A stretch of DNA of 64,000 nt, from contig NC_134028.1 of NCBI RefSeq assembly GCF_964204645.1, positions 14,019,653 through 14,083,652 on the forward strand, written 5' to 3'. A model generated the notes under the pieces. That model was not told where the DNA came from. It did no database searches and worked only from the letters and a program-made list of their open reading frames with translations. This document shows, piece after piece, positions 1 to 10,983 of this stretch. The position numbers and the translations under genes are program-made. How positions within the stretch are numbered: the stretch's first letter is position 1; the number at the start of each line of letters is the position of its first letter. This stretch comes from Tubulanus polymorphus. Its lineage: Eukaryota > Animalia > Nemertea.

Positions 1-220
1 ATTTTTATATGAAATATTTTTATGAAAATCCATTGAAGGAATATTATATTTAAATGATTAATTATATTGGAAAGCTTTTGGAAACCCCATTTATATAATA
101 AGAAAATTAATAATTAATTAATTCTTCTAATAATTTATCTTGTTCTTCAATTGTAATATTACCATTAAACTAATAATATAATCTAGTGTATTTTTTAATT
201 TATTAATTTCTTATATATTA
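1..220 (-). mobile_element. Polinton fragment (junction of the two-TM gene and the ~450-aa gene); continues left of window
   Basis: Diverged match to ~12200-12417, e.g. ggaaagcttttggaaaccccatttatataa (start MGFPKAFQY on minus). Confidence 0.85.
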
Positions 221-228
221 CAGAAATG

Positions 229-1420
229 CACTGTTTACTCACTGTGAGCCTCTAAACATCGAAATTTAAGCCCGATTCGAACAGTATCCATCTACGTATG
301 TGTATTGCCTACGTGTCATTCCCACAGCGGCTCCTAAATACGTGTGTTTGTGTCTGTGTCCTTATATCGATAGAGCTGTGTTGTTCTAGATCTGTAGTAA
401 ACACGTAAGCAGTAGTGATATTTTCATCTCTTCCTTCTACGAATCGATTGTTGAATTAGGACATTACTCGACTGAACGCAACTGAGGAATTTTTATGGCC
501 TTGTTTGTGCCGTATGTTAAAGTGCATCATATATTGCTTCCGCAACACAAGTTAGAGCATCATATATAGGCTTTAATACTTCGAATTCCGCTAGTCACAA
601 GAATATTGCTCAACGGATTCACTTGAAACTTACGTGAGATGTACGGAACCCAGGTACCTTGGGGTAAGTCGAAGGGATCTTTGATTGGGAACCCCGTTCA
701 CCCACCAGGAGGTGTTTTACATTTGAAAATTGTGACATCGAAAAGTTACTGTGTGAGAAAAATCGATTTCAGCATCCATTTTTCGCATTTTATGCGGTCT
801 GTTTATTATGAAAATCACAAAACTTGGTATAAGTACAAAGACACGTGTGTAATATGCCAACCTGCATGATTAGTTCATACAACTGCCATCAGGGGACTGT
901 GAAAACAACCATTTTTGCTCCCAGGTCCTTAACCGTTGGTGATAGAATCGAGGTTGAAATGTGTGGTTACTTAACCATTTAGCCCTTTACAAACACTTGT
1001 ATTGGTGTATGGTTTAAGTAGGTAACTCATATGGTGCTCCAGTAGCGCCACCTACAAATTGTTGGAAATGCATTTTCATTGATATCTACTTATCGGATGG
1101 AGGAATTTCTATGAAAATTGATACACATGTACTTTGCTACGAGGGAATGGTAGAACACTGTATCACCTATTTTCACCTGTATCACCAAGTTATTTTCCCT
1201 AAACTTGGTACATCATTACTTTGCACTTAAGAACCATGGGTCAACATATCCATGATATGGGCTGACCCATGATACAGGATGACCCCTAGGTGGCGCTTCT
1301 TCACAGATAGTGGTACGTAATGAACTGATTTCAGTGAAATCTTTTGCAACCTTCCTAGTACGGTATTTAACCCGGCAAAGCAGAAACCCGTTATCACTGC
1401 TTTGTAGCTATATTTATTAT
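229..1420 (-). repeat. Non-autonomous interspersed repeat A (Helentron/HINE-like)
   Basis: Near-identical to 20631-22110, 22251-24060 and inverted 57620-59276; shared terminus gcagaaacccgttatc(g)ctgctttg(c)agctatattt; no coding capacity. Superfamily call is inference. Confidence 0.6.
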
Positions 1421-1423
1421 TAT

Positions 1424-2294
1424 TAGGGTTTTCTGTTTCTTCACAGAAAACCCTATTGAAATTCGCGTGATTATTATTATTCTTTTTTTCCCTTTTCCAC
1501 ACATTTTTGTTAAAAGTGTAAAGGCTTCCTTACCTTACCGCTGTCGCCGATACAATCCGTATGATATCCTTTAGCTCACTTCAATCTCCAGATATTGCAT
1601 GGGAATTTTGATAAATTCACGTTATAAAGGCACTGTCGAGCCGTAAACATCGGAAATTTGACTCCGTTCAATTAGTAGCCATGTTGTGTTTTCTTTCCGA
1701 AATTTCTCTCTTCTTTATGAGGAAGAGCTATCGAATTAATCCCTCTCTTCTCCACAATCAATTTCAAAGTCAATTTTCTAATTGATTTGAGCCATGTGAT
1801 TAAATTTGGCCAGGCCTTCTCTGACCTGCTGACATAAATAGTCAAACCAAAACGTTCATGTGGTCACGGCTTGTATACCAGAAATCATTGTAGGCCTGTA
1901 CATTTTGCTGTTCGTAGGTTTGGTATACCGATTTCTCCATACTTGACTGATAAGTGCTGCTGTTCGCATTATACAATTGTTCCAATGGGAATAGGGCCTA
2001 TTTATTGGGCTTATTATTTCCTGCTTTAGAATACTGAAATAAGCCCAACGTTCATTCAAATATCCAACATCGGTGAAAGTTTGATTACTGTATACATGTA
2101 CTGTAGGTTTTCATGTTGTATGAATATTTTGCAGTTCAAATGGGTATGATGCTGATTCCAATGTCAAACGTATGAAGTTAGATGGTCAAGGACAGTCAAC
2201 ACCAAGATATCTCTCTTCGACCGATGTTGCACCATAGAAGATCTGATTCTTTCAACTCAAGGAAAGTGATTCAACACGATCGACATAACACTGG
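1424..2294 (-). repeat. Repeat B, part left of Polinton 1 (continues at 19553)
   Basis: Paralogous to 24060-25872; begins with stem-loop tagggttttctg-N8-cagaaaacccta next to an (ATT)n run. Confidence 0.7.
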
Positions 2295-3256
2295 AGTAAT
2301 AGGGGTAATGGGCTTTCAGATCAAAGGTCGAACGGTCGAGCTCATTAAAAAACAAAACATTAAAAGTAATTTAAAACTATAATATATTTTTATAACCGTG
2401 TGTATTTTATATTATAACTAAATATTTATTCTAAGATATCAATAATTTAAAAAGCATATTGTATTAAATCAATTGGTCGCTCCACTTCGCTACCGCTCCG
2501 CTCCGCGACCAATTGATTTATTTACAATACACAAATTCATATAATCAAATATATTTTAATAATAATAATTATTCTATTATTCAACTGAAATACACACGGT
2601 TATGAAAATATATTATAGTTTTAAATTACTTTTAATGTTTTGTTTTTTAATGAGCTCGACCATTCAACCTTTAACCTAAAAGCCCATTACCCCTATTACT
2701 CTTAAAATAATCATATACATGAATAATATTTAAATTGACAGATTATTCAATATAAAAGTATATATTTACAACATTATTTCAATATTCATATTTGTATGAG
2801 TTAGATTTTTAAACATTAAAAGTGTTAGTAAAGTGTGATTGAAATATTACATGATATAAATCATTGAACTTCTAAAATCAATTTTAATAAAAAATTTAGT
2901 ATTAAAATGGAAGCAAATAAGTACTACTGTCCAACATGTAATATCAATATAGATAAATCCCAAAAAGCAAGACACAATAAAACTAAAACACATTTAGAGA
3001 ATAAATTGAAATTAGAATATGAAGATGATATATTAGAAACTAAATTAGATGAATTAAAGAATGAAAAAGAAACATACAAATGTGATACATGTAATCAATC
3101 ATTCAGTGATAAAAGATATTATAATGAACATTTAAAATATAAAAGTCATATTAGAAATAAGAATAATGATATTTAAGGTGAAGATTATTTTGATAAAGAC
3201 AATGATAAGAAACAGAAGACAATTAAAAACATAAAAAATAAATTAAACAATAAAAG
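2295..3256 (+). repeat. Left TIR of Polinton 1 (contains ~406-bp palindrome 2295-2700 and polB 5' end)
   Basis: Reverse complement of 18607-19546; identity ends after ...aaacaataaaag. Confidence 0.95.
2907..3176 (+). pseudogene. TIR-duplicated N-terminus of pPolB (two zinc fingers)
   Basis: YCPTC..H..H and YKCDTC..H..H; same as 18687-18956 and first residues of 33364 ORF. Confidence 0.85.
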
Positions 3257-3675
3257 GAACCAGAAACGATGGATAGTGAAACTCAGGAATCAATAGAAAT
3301 GGAGGATAAAACTCTCGTAATTGACGAACAAACTTCACAAAATTACAAGAACATTTGGATTATCATCAAGAAATGGTGAAAATTCTGAGTGATGTAATAC
3401 ATAATAAACAATTACCGCGCGAACTACAATTACCAAAATTACCAGCAACGCGACTTAAATTGCTGTTGGGACTCAAAGAATCGAAAACTAAGAAAATGAG
3501 TGGAGATATCAGTGCCGGTTTTGAAAGAAAACTGAGAAGAGTAGGTAGATTAATAAAATATGAAAAATTCAAAATATTAGGATTAGCATTTAGTGAAGTA
3601 GTAAGATATTTACCAGAAATTGAAGAAATGATTGGAAACAATCCAGTAATTAAAGAATTCTGGACAAAATTATAA
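3257..3675 (+). pseudogene. 5'-truncated, internally deleted homologue of the HTH-like gene of copy 2
   Basis: KKMSG joined directly to ISAGFERKLRRVGRLI, whereas copy 2 has ~250 bp between; start removed at the TIR boundary. Confidence 0.7.
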
Positions 3676-3770
3676 ATTATAACACTGAAGGTCTTTGTAA
3701 TATAGATATCAAAAATGTAATCTCGATTGTATATATCTGTTTTAATATTGTATTGATTACTGTTAACTAA

Positions 3771-3937
3771 GTATTGCGCAATAACCGGTCCGATTGAACC
3801 GCTTTTCTATGGTTCTCCATTGTTCTACTATTGATTGTGGTTAATGGCGGCGGTTGTTCTGTATTGATTGTTGTATTGCGCAATAACCGGTCCTATTGGA
3901 CCGCATTTCTATTGTTCTCCATTGTTCTACTATTGAT
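3771..3937. repeat. Two direct repeats (~102-bp spacing) with palindromes ATTGCGCAAT and GGTCC-tatt-GGACC
   Basis: gtattgcgcaataaccggtcc at 3771 and 3873. Confidence 0.85.
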
Positions 3938-4344
3938 CGCTAAAATTTACATAATAAATATATGTGTTTATGAAATAGTATTGGAATAGTTTATTGAATT
4001 TATTTTCAGTTGAGGATTTATTATCGAGGATCCGAAATGACTTATCTGGACAGTTATAGTTACCACTCCTATAGATAGACAATAGTAGTGAGATATTAAA
4101 TCCTAATTTAAATAAAAAGTATTTAAAAAAACAATAACTTCAACCAGCTAGTGAATTCTATTATATTTTTAATATTTTCTTTTGGTAATTCTAATTGACA
4201 TTAGATTGAATAGATTTTGAATAGATTTGAATAGAAATTCTTTAACTTAAATAACCTAGTCAATTTAGTATTAACCTAAAGAGATACTAGTATCATTTGA
4301 AGAATAATTATAATATTTTTTTTTGCTTTTTTTCTCTAATATAA

Positions 4345-4947
4345 ATGTCAAAGAAATCTAATAAGAATAGTATTGATATTGAAAAGACATTAGATGATTT
4401 GGGTATAAGTGATAATAAAGATACGGTTGTAACTAATTGTGCTCAAGTTAATTGTAATATAGATTATGAATACTATTTATATTGTAAGCATCATCTAGAA
4501 CTATTGATTGCCGATGGAAAAACTAAAGAGTTTTTAAATAGAATTATTACTTTTCAAGAATTAGATGCTATGAAACCAGATAAAGTAATAAAATATTTTA
4601 AGATTTATGAAGAGGCAAGATTAGCCCGAATAAATGATTCTATTTCAGATGGTATTGTCAAATGTTATTCTAAGTTATGTAACCAGTTAATACCAATTAA
4701 TGATGAAAATAAATTATATAGTGATTTGAAAAATGACTACTTAGTTATGACTGAATTACAAAAATGGGTTGGTTATGCTTCATTTCAATTAGGATCGGTT
4801 ATGACATTAATTTCTACCGGCGTCATAACATTTTCGAACATCAAGCCTATGGAATATAAATCAGGTAAGAACGAAACAGATGTACTACAACCAAACGTCG
4901 TAACAGAAAATGAATCAGAACAAAAATTGACTAAAATAAATGAGTGA
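4345..4947 (+). CDS. Polinton hypothetical protein, 200 aa, hydrophobic C-terminal helix
   Basis: Intact ORF; highly similar orthologue at 47239-47838. Confidence 0.85.
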   Translation: MSKKSNKNSIDIEKTLDDLGISDNKDTVVTNCAQVNCNIDYEYYLYCKHHLELLIADGKTKEFLNRIITFQELDAMKPDKVIKYFKIYEEARLARINDSISDGIVKCYSKLCNQLIPINDENKLYSDLKNDYLVMTELQKWVGYASFQLGSVMTLISTGVITFSNIKPMEYKSGKNETDVLQPNVVTENESEQKLTKINE

Positions 4948-5308
4948 TGGAGTTAAGAAAAAGGCTAGATCCGAGAAACAAATTAAATGGGCAAGAGAAT
5001 TGGGTAAAAGATCTTCAGAATTAAAAAAAGCTTAGAAAAAGAAATTTACTGATATAAATGAATCACAGACTTTATCTGATATTAATTCAAATAATAATCC
5101 ATCTGATTCTTCTAATAGTGGAAGAAATAATTACTTATATATTACAATTGGGTTAATCACAATTATTATATTCTCTGGTGTAATTTATAAATCAAAATTC
5201 AAATCTGATGATAAAGATGATTCCAATGACAATAAACCTATTATACCAGAAAATAAGTCAAATCATAAAGTCATTGAAACTAAATCTAAATTATTATGAA
5301 TGGATTAA
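4940..5308 (+). pseudogene. Single-TM small protein (MSDGVKKKARSEKQ...), premature TAG at 5033-5035
   Basis: TAAATG start at 4940; TM segment YLYITIGLITIIIFSGVIY; orthologue 46881-47243. Confidence 0.75.
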
Positions 5309-5314
5309 AATAAG

Positions 5315-6406
5315 ATGAAAAAAGAACAATATTTAAGAGATTTATATTATAACCCAGAAAGTGAAGTATCATATTCTAGCGTTTCAGAATTATGGGGTAA
5401 AATTAAATCTGATAAAGAAAATGGTAATATAAAATATAGTGAATTGAAATCATGGTTACAAAATCAACCAACATATCAAATCCACAAGAAAATGGATAAA
5501 ATTTATTTAACAAGAAAAGTTTTGGTTTCATATATCGATCAACAATGGCAAGCAGATTTAATTGACATGAAGAACTTAGAAGAATACAACAAAGGATATT
5601 TCTGGATACTGAATGTTATAGACATATTCAGTAGATACGCATGGTCAATTCCAATCAAAAATAAAAATGGTATAGAAGTGACAAATGCTTTTAAATCTAT
5701 ATTTAAAGAAGCTATTCCAGATAAGATACAATTTGATGAAGGTAAGGAATTTTATAACAAACATTTTAAAAAACTATTATCTGATAACGATGTAGATTAT
5801 TTTTCAACACACTCAGATAAAAAAGCATCTATTATAGAAAGATTTAATAAAACATTGAAAACTAGAATGTGGAAATATTTTACTGCTAATGAAACATATA
5901 AATACATCGATGTGTTAGATGATTTGGTGAAAGGTTATAATAATTCTAAACATAGTTCTATAAATATGAAACCTAGACAAGCTAGAAAAGAAGATAATTC
6001 GGAAATAGTTTGGAATAATTTATATGGTGCGTTTGTTACACATGATTTCGGTGAACCTAAATTTAAAATAGGACAACATGTAAGAATATCTAAATATAGA
6101 AAAACATTTTATAAAGGTTATACCCCTAATTTTACTGAAGAAATATTTAAAATTAAAAAGATAATATTAACTAAACCATTTGTTTATAAATTAGAAGATC
6201 TAAAAGATGAAGAAATATTAGGTTATTTCTATGAACAAGAATTATCACTTGTACCAAACCCAGATGAAATAGAATACAAAATAGAAAAAGTATTGAAAAC
6301 AAAAACTCTTAAAGGAAAAAAGTATTCTTTGGTGATATATAAAGGATACGATTATAAATTTAATGAATGGATTTTATCTAGTAAAATTAAAAGAATAAAT
6401 GAATAA
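5315..6406 (+). CDS. Retroviral-like (rve) integrase with C-terminal chromodomain
   Basis: DDE motifs WQADLIDM / QFDEGKEF / IIERFNKTLK; chromo-like YKIEKVL...YKGY...NEWI. Confidence 0.96.
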   Translation: MKKEQYLRDLYYNPESEVSYSSVSELWGKIKSDKENGNIKYSELKSWLQNQPTYQIHKKMDKIYLTRKVLVSYIDQQWQADLIDMKNLEEYNKGYFWILNVIDIFSRYAWSIPIKNKNGIEVTNAFKSIFKEAIPDKIQFDEGKEFYNKHFKKLLSDNDVDYFSTHSDKKASIIERFNKTLKTRMWKYFTANETYKYIDVLDDLVKGYNNSKHSSINMKPRQARKEDNSEIVWNNLYGAFVTHDFGEPKFKIGQHVRISKYRKTFYKGYTPNFTEEIFKIKKIILTKPFVYKLEDLKDEEILGYFYEQELSLVPNPDEIEYKIEKVLKTKTLKGKKYSLVIYKGYDYKFNEWILSSKIKRINE

Positions 6407-7000
6407 AGATTTATTTATATTTGAACCACATAATATGTTAGTTACTGGTGTAACAAATTGTGGTAAAACACATTTCATATTAGATTTGTTAGAAACTATT
6501 TATAAGAATCATTTTGATAATATAATATTATTTTGTCCTACTTATGAAATGAATAAAACATATAATAGAGATATAGTTAAGATGAAAAAGTTTATTATAT
6601 TAGATCCTAAAACAGTAAAAGAAAATTTAGATAATTGTATTAAAATAGCAATTGATACTTATAAAGGATCAAATACATTATTCATTATAGATGATTGCGC
6701 AAATTTACATGATTCAAAAGTGAGTTATGTTATTTAGCTTTTTCTGGCAGACATTTCGGGATAACAACATGGGTTTTAAATCAAAAATATAATTCAATTG
6801 TTAAAGACTTTAGGGAGAATATAAGATTTCTAGTTTTATTTTATAACAAAGATAAAAAATCTATGCAACAATCATTGGAAGAAAATCAAATTATACCTAC
6901 TGAATTACATGATGAATATATGAATAAATTAAAGAATAATAAAGGTTCAAAATTATTACTGAGATTACAATTTCCCTATGAACATAAGTTTATAAAATAA
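6399..7000 (+). pseudogene. A32/FtsK-like DNA packaging ATPase, frameshifted
   Basis: Walker A GVTNCGKT, Walker B LFIIDD; short deletion at ~6720 relative to intact 45173-45784. Confidence 0.92.
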
Positions 7001-7020
7001 CTATTTATATATCTATCTAT

Positions 7021-7310
7021 CTAATACGTATTAAATACGTATTAGATACGTATTAAATACATTAATACTTAAAACCCGATTTTTAAAATAAATATTATTC
7101 ATATAATTTTCAACCAATTTATTTTATTTTTTTCAACTAATATATGAATAAGTTTGAAAATAATAAAGGTTATTTATTATCACTGAGGTTTCAATATAAA
7201 TTTAAAAAAGAAATATAATTTAAGGTATTTTCAAATAATATGTATTAAATACGTATTAGATACGTATTAGATATGTATTAAGTACGTATTAGATACCTTA
7301 ATACTTAAAA
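7021..7310. repeat. Two blocks of 11-mer ATACGTATTA(G/A) minisatellite between convergent gene blocks
   Basis: 7021-7070 and 7240-7310. Confidence 0.85.
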
Positions 7311-7355
7311 CCCCCTTTTTTATTTACTATTATTTTATACAATTTACAACCTTTA

Positions 7356-8201
7356 TTACTTTTTGAGTGTTAGATAATCACTTTCTGAATCACTTTCACT
7401 ATCAGACCCTAACAATTTATTCAAATGCTCTACCGTATCTTCATAAATAATTGGTTTATTGATATACTTATTAGTCATCTCAACTATATCTTTATTTTCT
7501 GATTTAAGTTTCATAGAATCTTTATTATCAATGCGCTTTCCTGTATTTTCATTATTATCTTTATTAGTGTTTGCTCCTAATATTTCATTTACAATGTTTG
7601 ATTCTAATTTAATAGCATCGGTTAAATCTAATTCATCTTTATTAGGCGTTGCTAATAATAAATCTTTATATAATTCTTTACCATTTACTTTTTGATTTGA
7701 AACAAACTTTGTAACATATCTAAATGGGTGTTCTATAAATTCTCTTAAACCAACACGTTTTATAACATTAGTAATATGTGAATTTGTATTCATATGATTA
7801 TTCCAATTTGATGGAGCATTTGAAAATTCACCTTTACAATAATCACAATAATTTCTATTTTCACTAACATTTAATATTATTGCATTTATAGATGTAGAAG
7901 TTATTACATTATTAGATGTAGAAGGTATTGCATTATTAGATGTAGTAGGTATTACATTATTAGATGTAGAAGGTATTACATTATTAGATGTAGAAGGTAT
8001 TACATTATTATCAATTACATTACTTAAATTATCAACAACTTCACTTTTATTATTATCGATTTCTATTAGTTTAGTTTTATAAATTTTGAAAAAAGGATCA
8101 AATATCAAAGCTATATTACAAGGTATTACATAATATAAACCATCATTATTTTCATGTGTATCGATGTATGGAATATGTTTATATACTTTAGCTCCTTCCA
8201 T
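7356..8201 (-). CDS. Zinc-finger protein with Pro/Ser/Thr repeat linker
   Basis: YCDYC...WNNHMNTNSH finger; (NNVIPSTS)n; orthologue 44177-45003. Confidence 0.8.
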   Translation of the reverse strand: MEGAKVYKHIPYIDTHENNDGLYYVIPCNIALIFDPFFKIYKTKLIEIDNNKSEVVDNLSNVIDNNVIPSTSNNVIPSTSNNVIPTTSNNAIPSTSNNVITSTSINAIILNVSENRNYCDYCKGEFSNAPSNWNNHMNTNSHITNVIKRVGLREFIEHPFRYVTKFVSNQKVNGKELYKDLLLATPNKDELDLTDAIKLESNIVNEILGANTNKDNNENTGKRIDNKDSMKLKSENKDIVEMTNKYINKPIIYEDTVEHLNKLLGSDSESDSESDYLTLKK

Positions 8202-8234
8202 TTATTATATAAATTTTTATTAAAAGTTAAAATT

Positions 8235-9483
8235 CTAATACATAACACTATTCAATTGAGAATTTACAATATTTAATTGCGCGTCAGATATAATATAAAT
8301 GTGCATTTTAAAATTTTTGATTCCTTTTTTCTTTTTCATGAATAATTGTATTCCATCTTAAGTGTTTTGTAGTTTTTTCCTGAACCATGTAATGAATTAT
8401 CCTCTGTTGTTCTAAAATCTAACCATAATGCATATTTATTACCGGTATAATAATCAATTTGATTAATATTACAATTTTCAGATAATTTCACTTTTTCATT
8501 CATAAAATGTTTTCTAATTTCTGGCCATTGATCTATCATTCTCATTCCTTGACAAAATATTTTATTTGCTATTCCTTCGATAGTTATTTCTACTTTTGTT
8601 ATTTCAGGATTATAATAATTATCAACATTTATTGCGCCATTAGTATATGTTGCAATGGTAAAAAAAATATTAATATACCTTTAATAGATCTTCTTGGGAA
8701 GTTAATATTCTCATTGATAATTTCATCATTTGCATTAATAGTTACAGTTTTAAATTTATCAATATAATCATATAATAATGAAAATCCTTGATTGTATTTA
8801 GTTTGAATTATACTTGAAATATTTTCATCAGTTACTGTATCATATTCTAAACATATATTTGATAATTTATAACTCATATCTTTATTAACGCTAGATATTA
8901 CAATTTCATTTACAGGAGCAAATGTTATTTCGAATATAACATCTTCTTGAATTGCGTATTTATATAAAGGTGCATTATTATTTATCAATTCAAAGTCTAA
9001 TGGAATTTTATATTTGCTTCCATATATACTTTTTATCAATTTATCTACAGCATTAGTTAATATTGCATTATGTGCTTCTGATCTTAATTTATTTTGGTTT
9101 TCTGATTGGATTCCTTGAAATATCATATTATTTCTATTTTCTTTAGTTAACCATAAATCTTTATAATGCATGAATAAATTATAATCATCTAATGAGAAAA
9201 CTGTTTCTGGACCAATCTTTATAGTTAATTTTTTAATCAAATATCTTCCAACATTATCAACAACATAATTATTATTATTACCGATTACTTTTATATCGGC
9301 TGATAAATAAATACTATTTGGAACATAAAAAGTATTTTGTGTTAATCTAGGAATTCTAACATATAAAGTTTCATCGGGATTAATATTAGAAGGGTTATGA
9401 GTAATTATATGATGTGATCTTTCTGCTTTAATAGCATTAGATATTCTATGATTCTTAGAAGGATTGATATAACTCCCACTCAT
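8235..9483 (-). pseudogene. Major capsid protein (double jelly-roll), frameshifted
   Basis: Nearly identical to intact 42897-44144; frameshifts in homopolymer runs near 8660 and 8375. Confidence 0.8.
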
Positions 9484-9502
9484 TTATTTAAAAAAAAATT
9501 AA

Positions 9503-10968
9503 TTATTTAATTTTTATCATGTTTACTAACCCAAAAATAATTGCACTTACAACTGTAATTAAAAATAAAATAATATGTTCAGCAGCAAAGTTAAGAATAT
9601 TCCCAGCAGATTTCAATATAAAACCAACAATTGACGCAATAACTCCGGGTAGAGCTGCAGCAGATTTTTTAGATAGTTCCCATAAATATTTTGCTAATTT
9701 CTTTAAACCATCTTTAACTTTATCTTGTATAGAATTATCATCTGGGGGTTTATCTGGTTTATTTGGAGTAGGAGTAGATTTCAAAGCATTTGATATTGCT
9801 AAACCAATTGTTGTAAATAACATAGTTACAGCTGTTAGAATTGAAAGAATTGTTATTCCTTCTAACTTAAATAATAATTTTATTCTATCTTTCAATGATA
9901 TTTTAGAATCTGGTTTAATCAACAAATCTTTAAAAATAACTTTTAATCTATTTATATTATAATCATATGATTTTAACAATAATTTAATTTCTTCTTTTTT
10001 TAATTCTACGTTATATTCTAAATCATCTTTTTCTTTTTCTTAATACGCATTTCTTTTTTTAAATTCGATTTCTTCAATAACTTTATTATCTCTATCTAAT
10101 TTTAATTGTTCTATTTCTTTATTTTTATCAGTTAATTCTTTTTCTAAAGTTCTAATTTTTAAATCTCTTATACTTTAATCATGAGCAATTTTATCAGCTT
10201 CATTTCTTATACTAATAATTTCTCCTATTGCTTTATCAGAAAGTATATTATTTAAATCTTCTAATTGTTGATCTGTTGCATCAAGTAATCCATTCGGTAA
10301 AAGTTTTTCAATTGGAACTCCTTTTGAATTAGGTTTACTAGTTTTGGAAGTTATATTCTGTTCAGAAGTTGTTTCTGTTTCTAAATTATTATCGATTGTT
10401 TCAAATAATTCATTAATTCTTTGTTTACATACTCTTTCATTTTTAATAATTTCTTCTTGTGTTACATCTTATATTGCATTACTATTTCTTATTCTTTTAA
10501 TTCTAGATAGGTCTAACTTAAGCAAAGTTGATTCTGCTAATATTTTGTTTTGTTTTTATAAGAGATATCAATATAATAATCATCTTTCAAATCATAATAA
10601 TATTCACCATCTAATGATTTTAATTCTCTTACTAAATATCTAGCACCTCTATCATTGATATTATATCCAGATTTTTCAAATATAGGTTTGAAATTATAAA
10701 CCTATTCATTATATTCTAAATTTTGTTTTACTAAATCTGGATTTTCAGGATTTATTCTCGCTCTAGTTCTTCTATCAAATTCATCTGTTGATGGGCCTTT
10801 AGAACCACTATCTGCTAAATTAGAATTATATGCTGATTCATTACCATCATTAATATTAGTTTCATTAAGATTAGCACCTGCATTATTATAATCATTAATA
10901 TCATCAATATATCCTTCATTATTATTTCCTATGCCATCCAATGGAATATCTTCTCCACCTTCTGCCAT
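9503..10968 (-). pseudogene. Acidic/coiled-coil protein with hydrophobic C-terminus, fragmented
   Basis: ORF pieces 10702-10968 and 9503-9979 match 41405-42876. Confidence 0.8.
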
Positions 10969-10983
10969 TTACATAATAAAAAA

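Noticed and set aside
639-2382. Short ORFs in repeats A/B (also at 20-26 kb and 58 kb) as host genes
   Set aside because: Frames are not conserved between repeat copies and contain no recognisable domains.
2295-2700. Parvovirus/densovirus hairpin end
   Set aside because: No NS1/HUH or SF3 helicase gene; the hairpin is part of a pPolB/integrase element with a 6-bp TSD.
2878-2886. Mimivirus early promoter AAAATTGA upstream of polB and OB-fold genes
   Set aside because: Present only in reverse orientation relative to the genes and likely by chance in very AT-rich DNA; the leader is reported instead as a duplicated motif.
9519-9962. Antisense ORFs such as 9519-9962, 42414-42779, 44494-44928, 3366-3641, 7459-7695 and 10344-10643
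   Set aside because: Shadows of real genes on the opposite strand.
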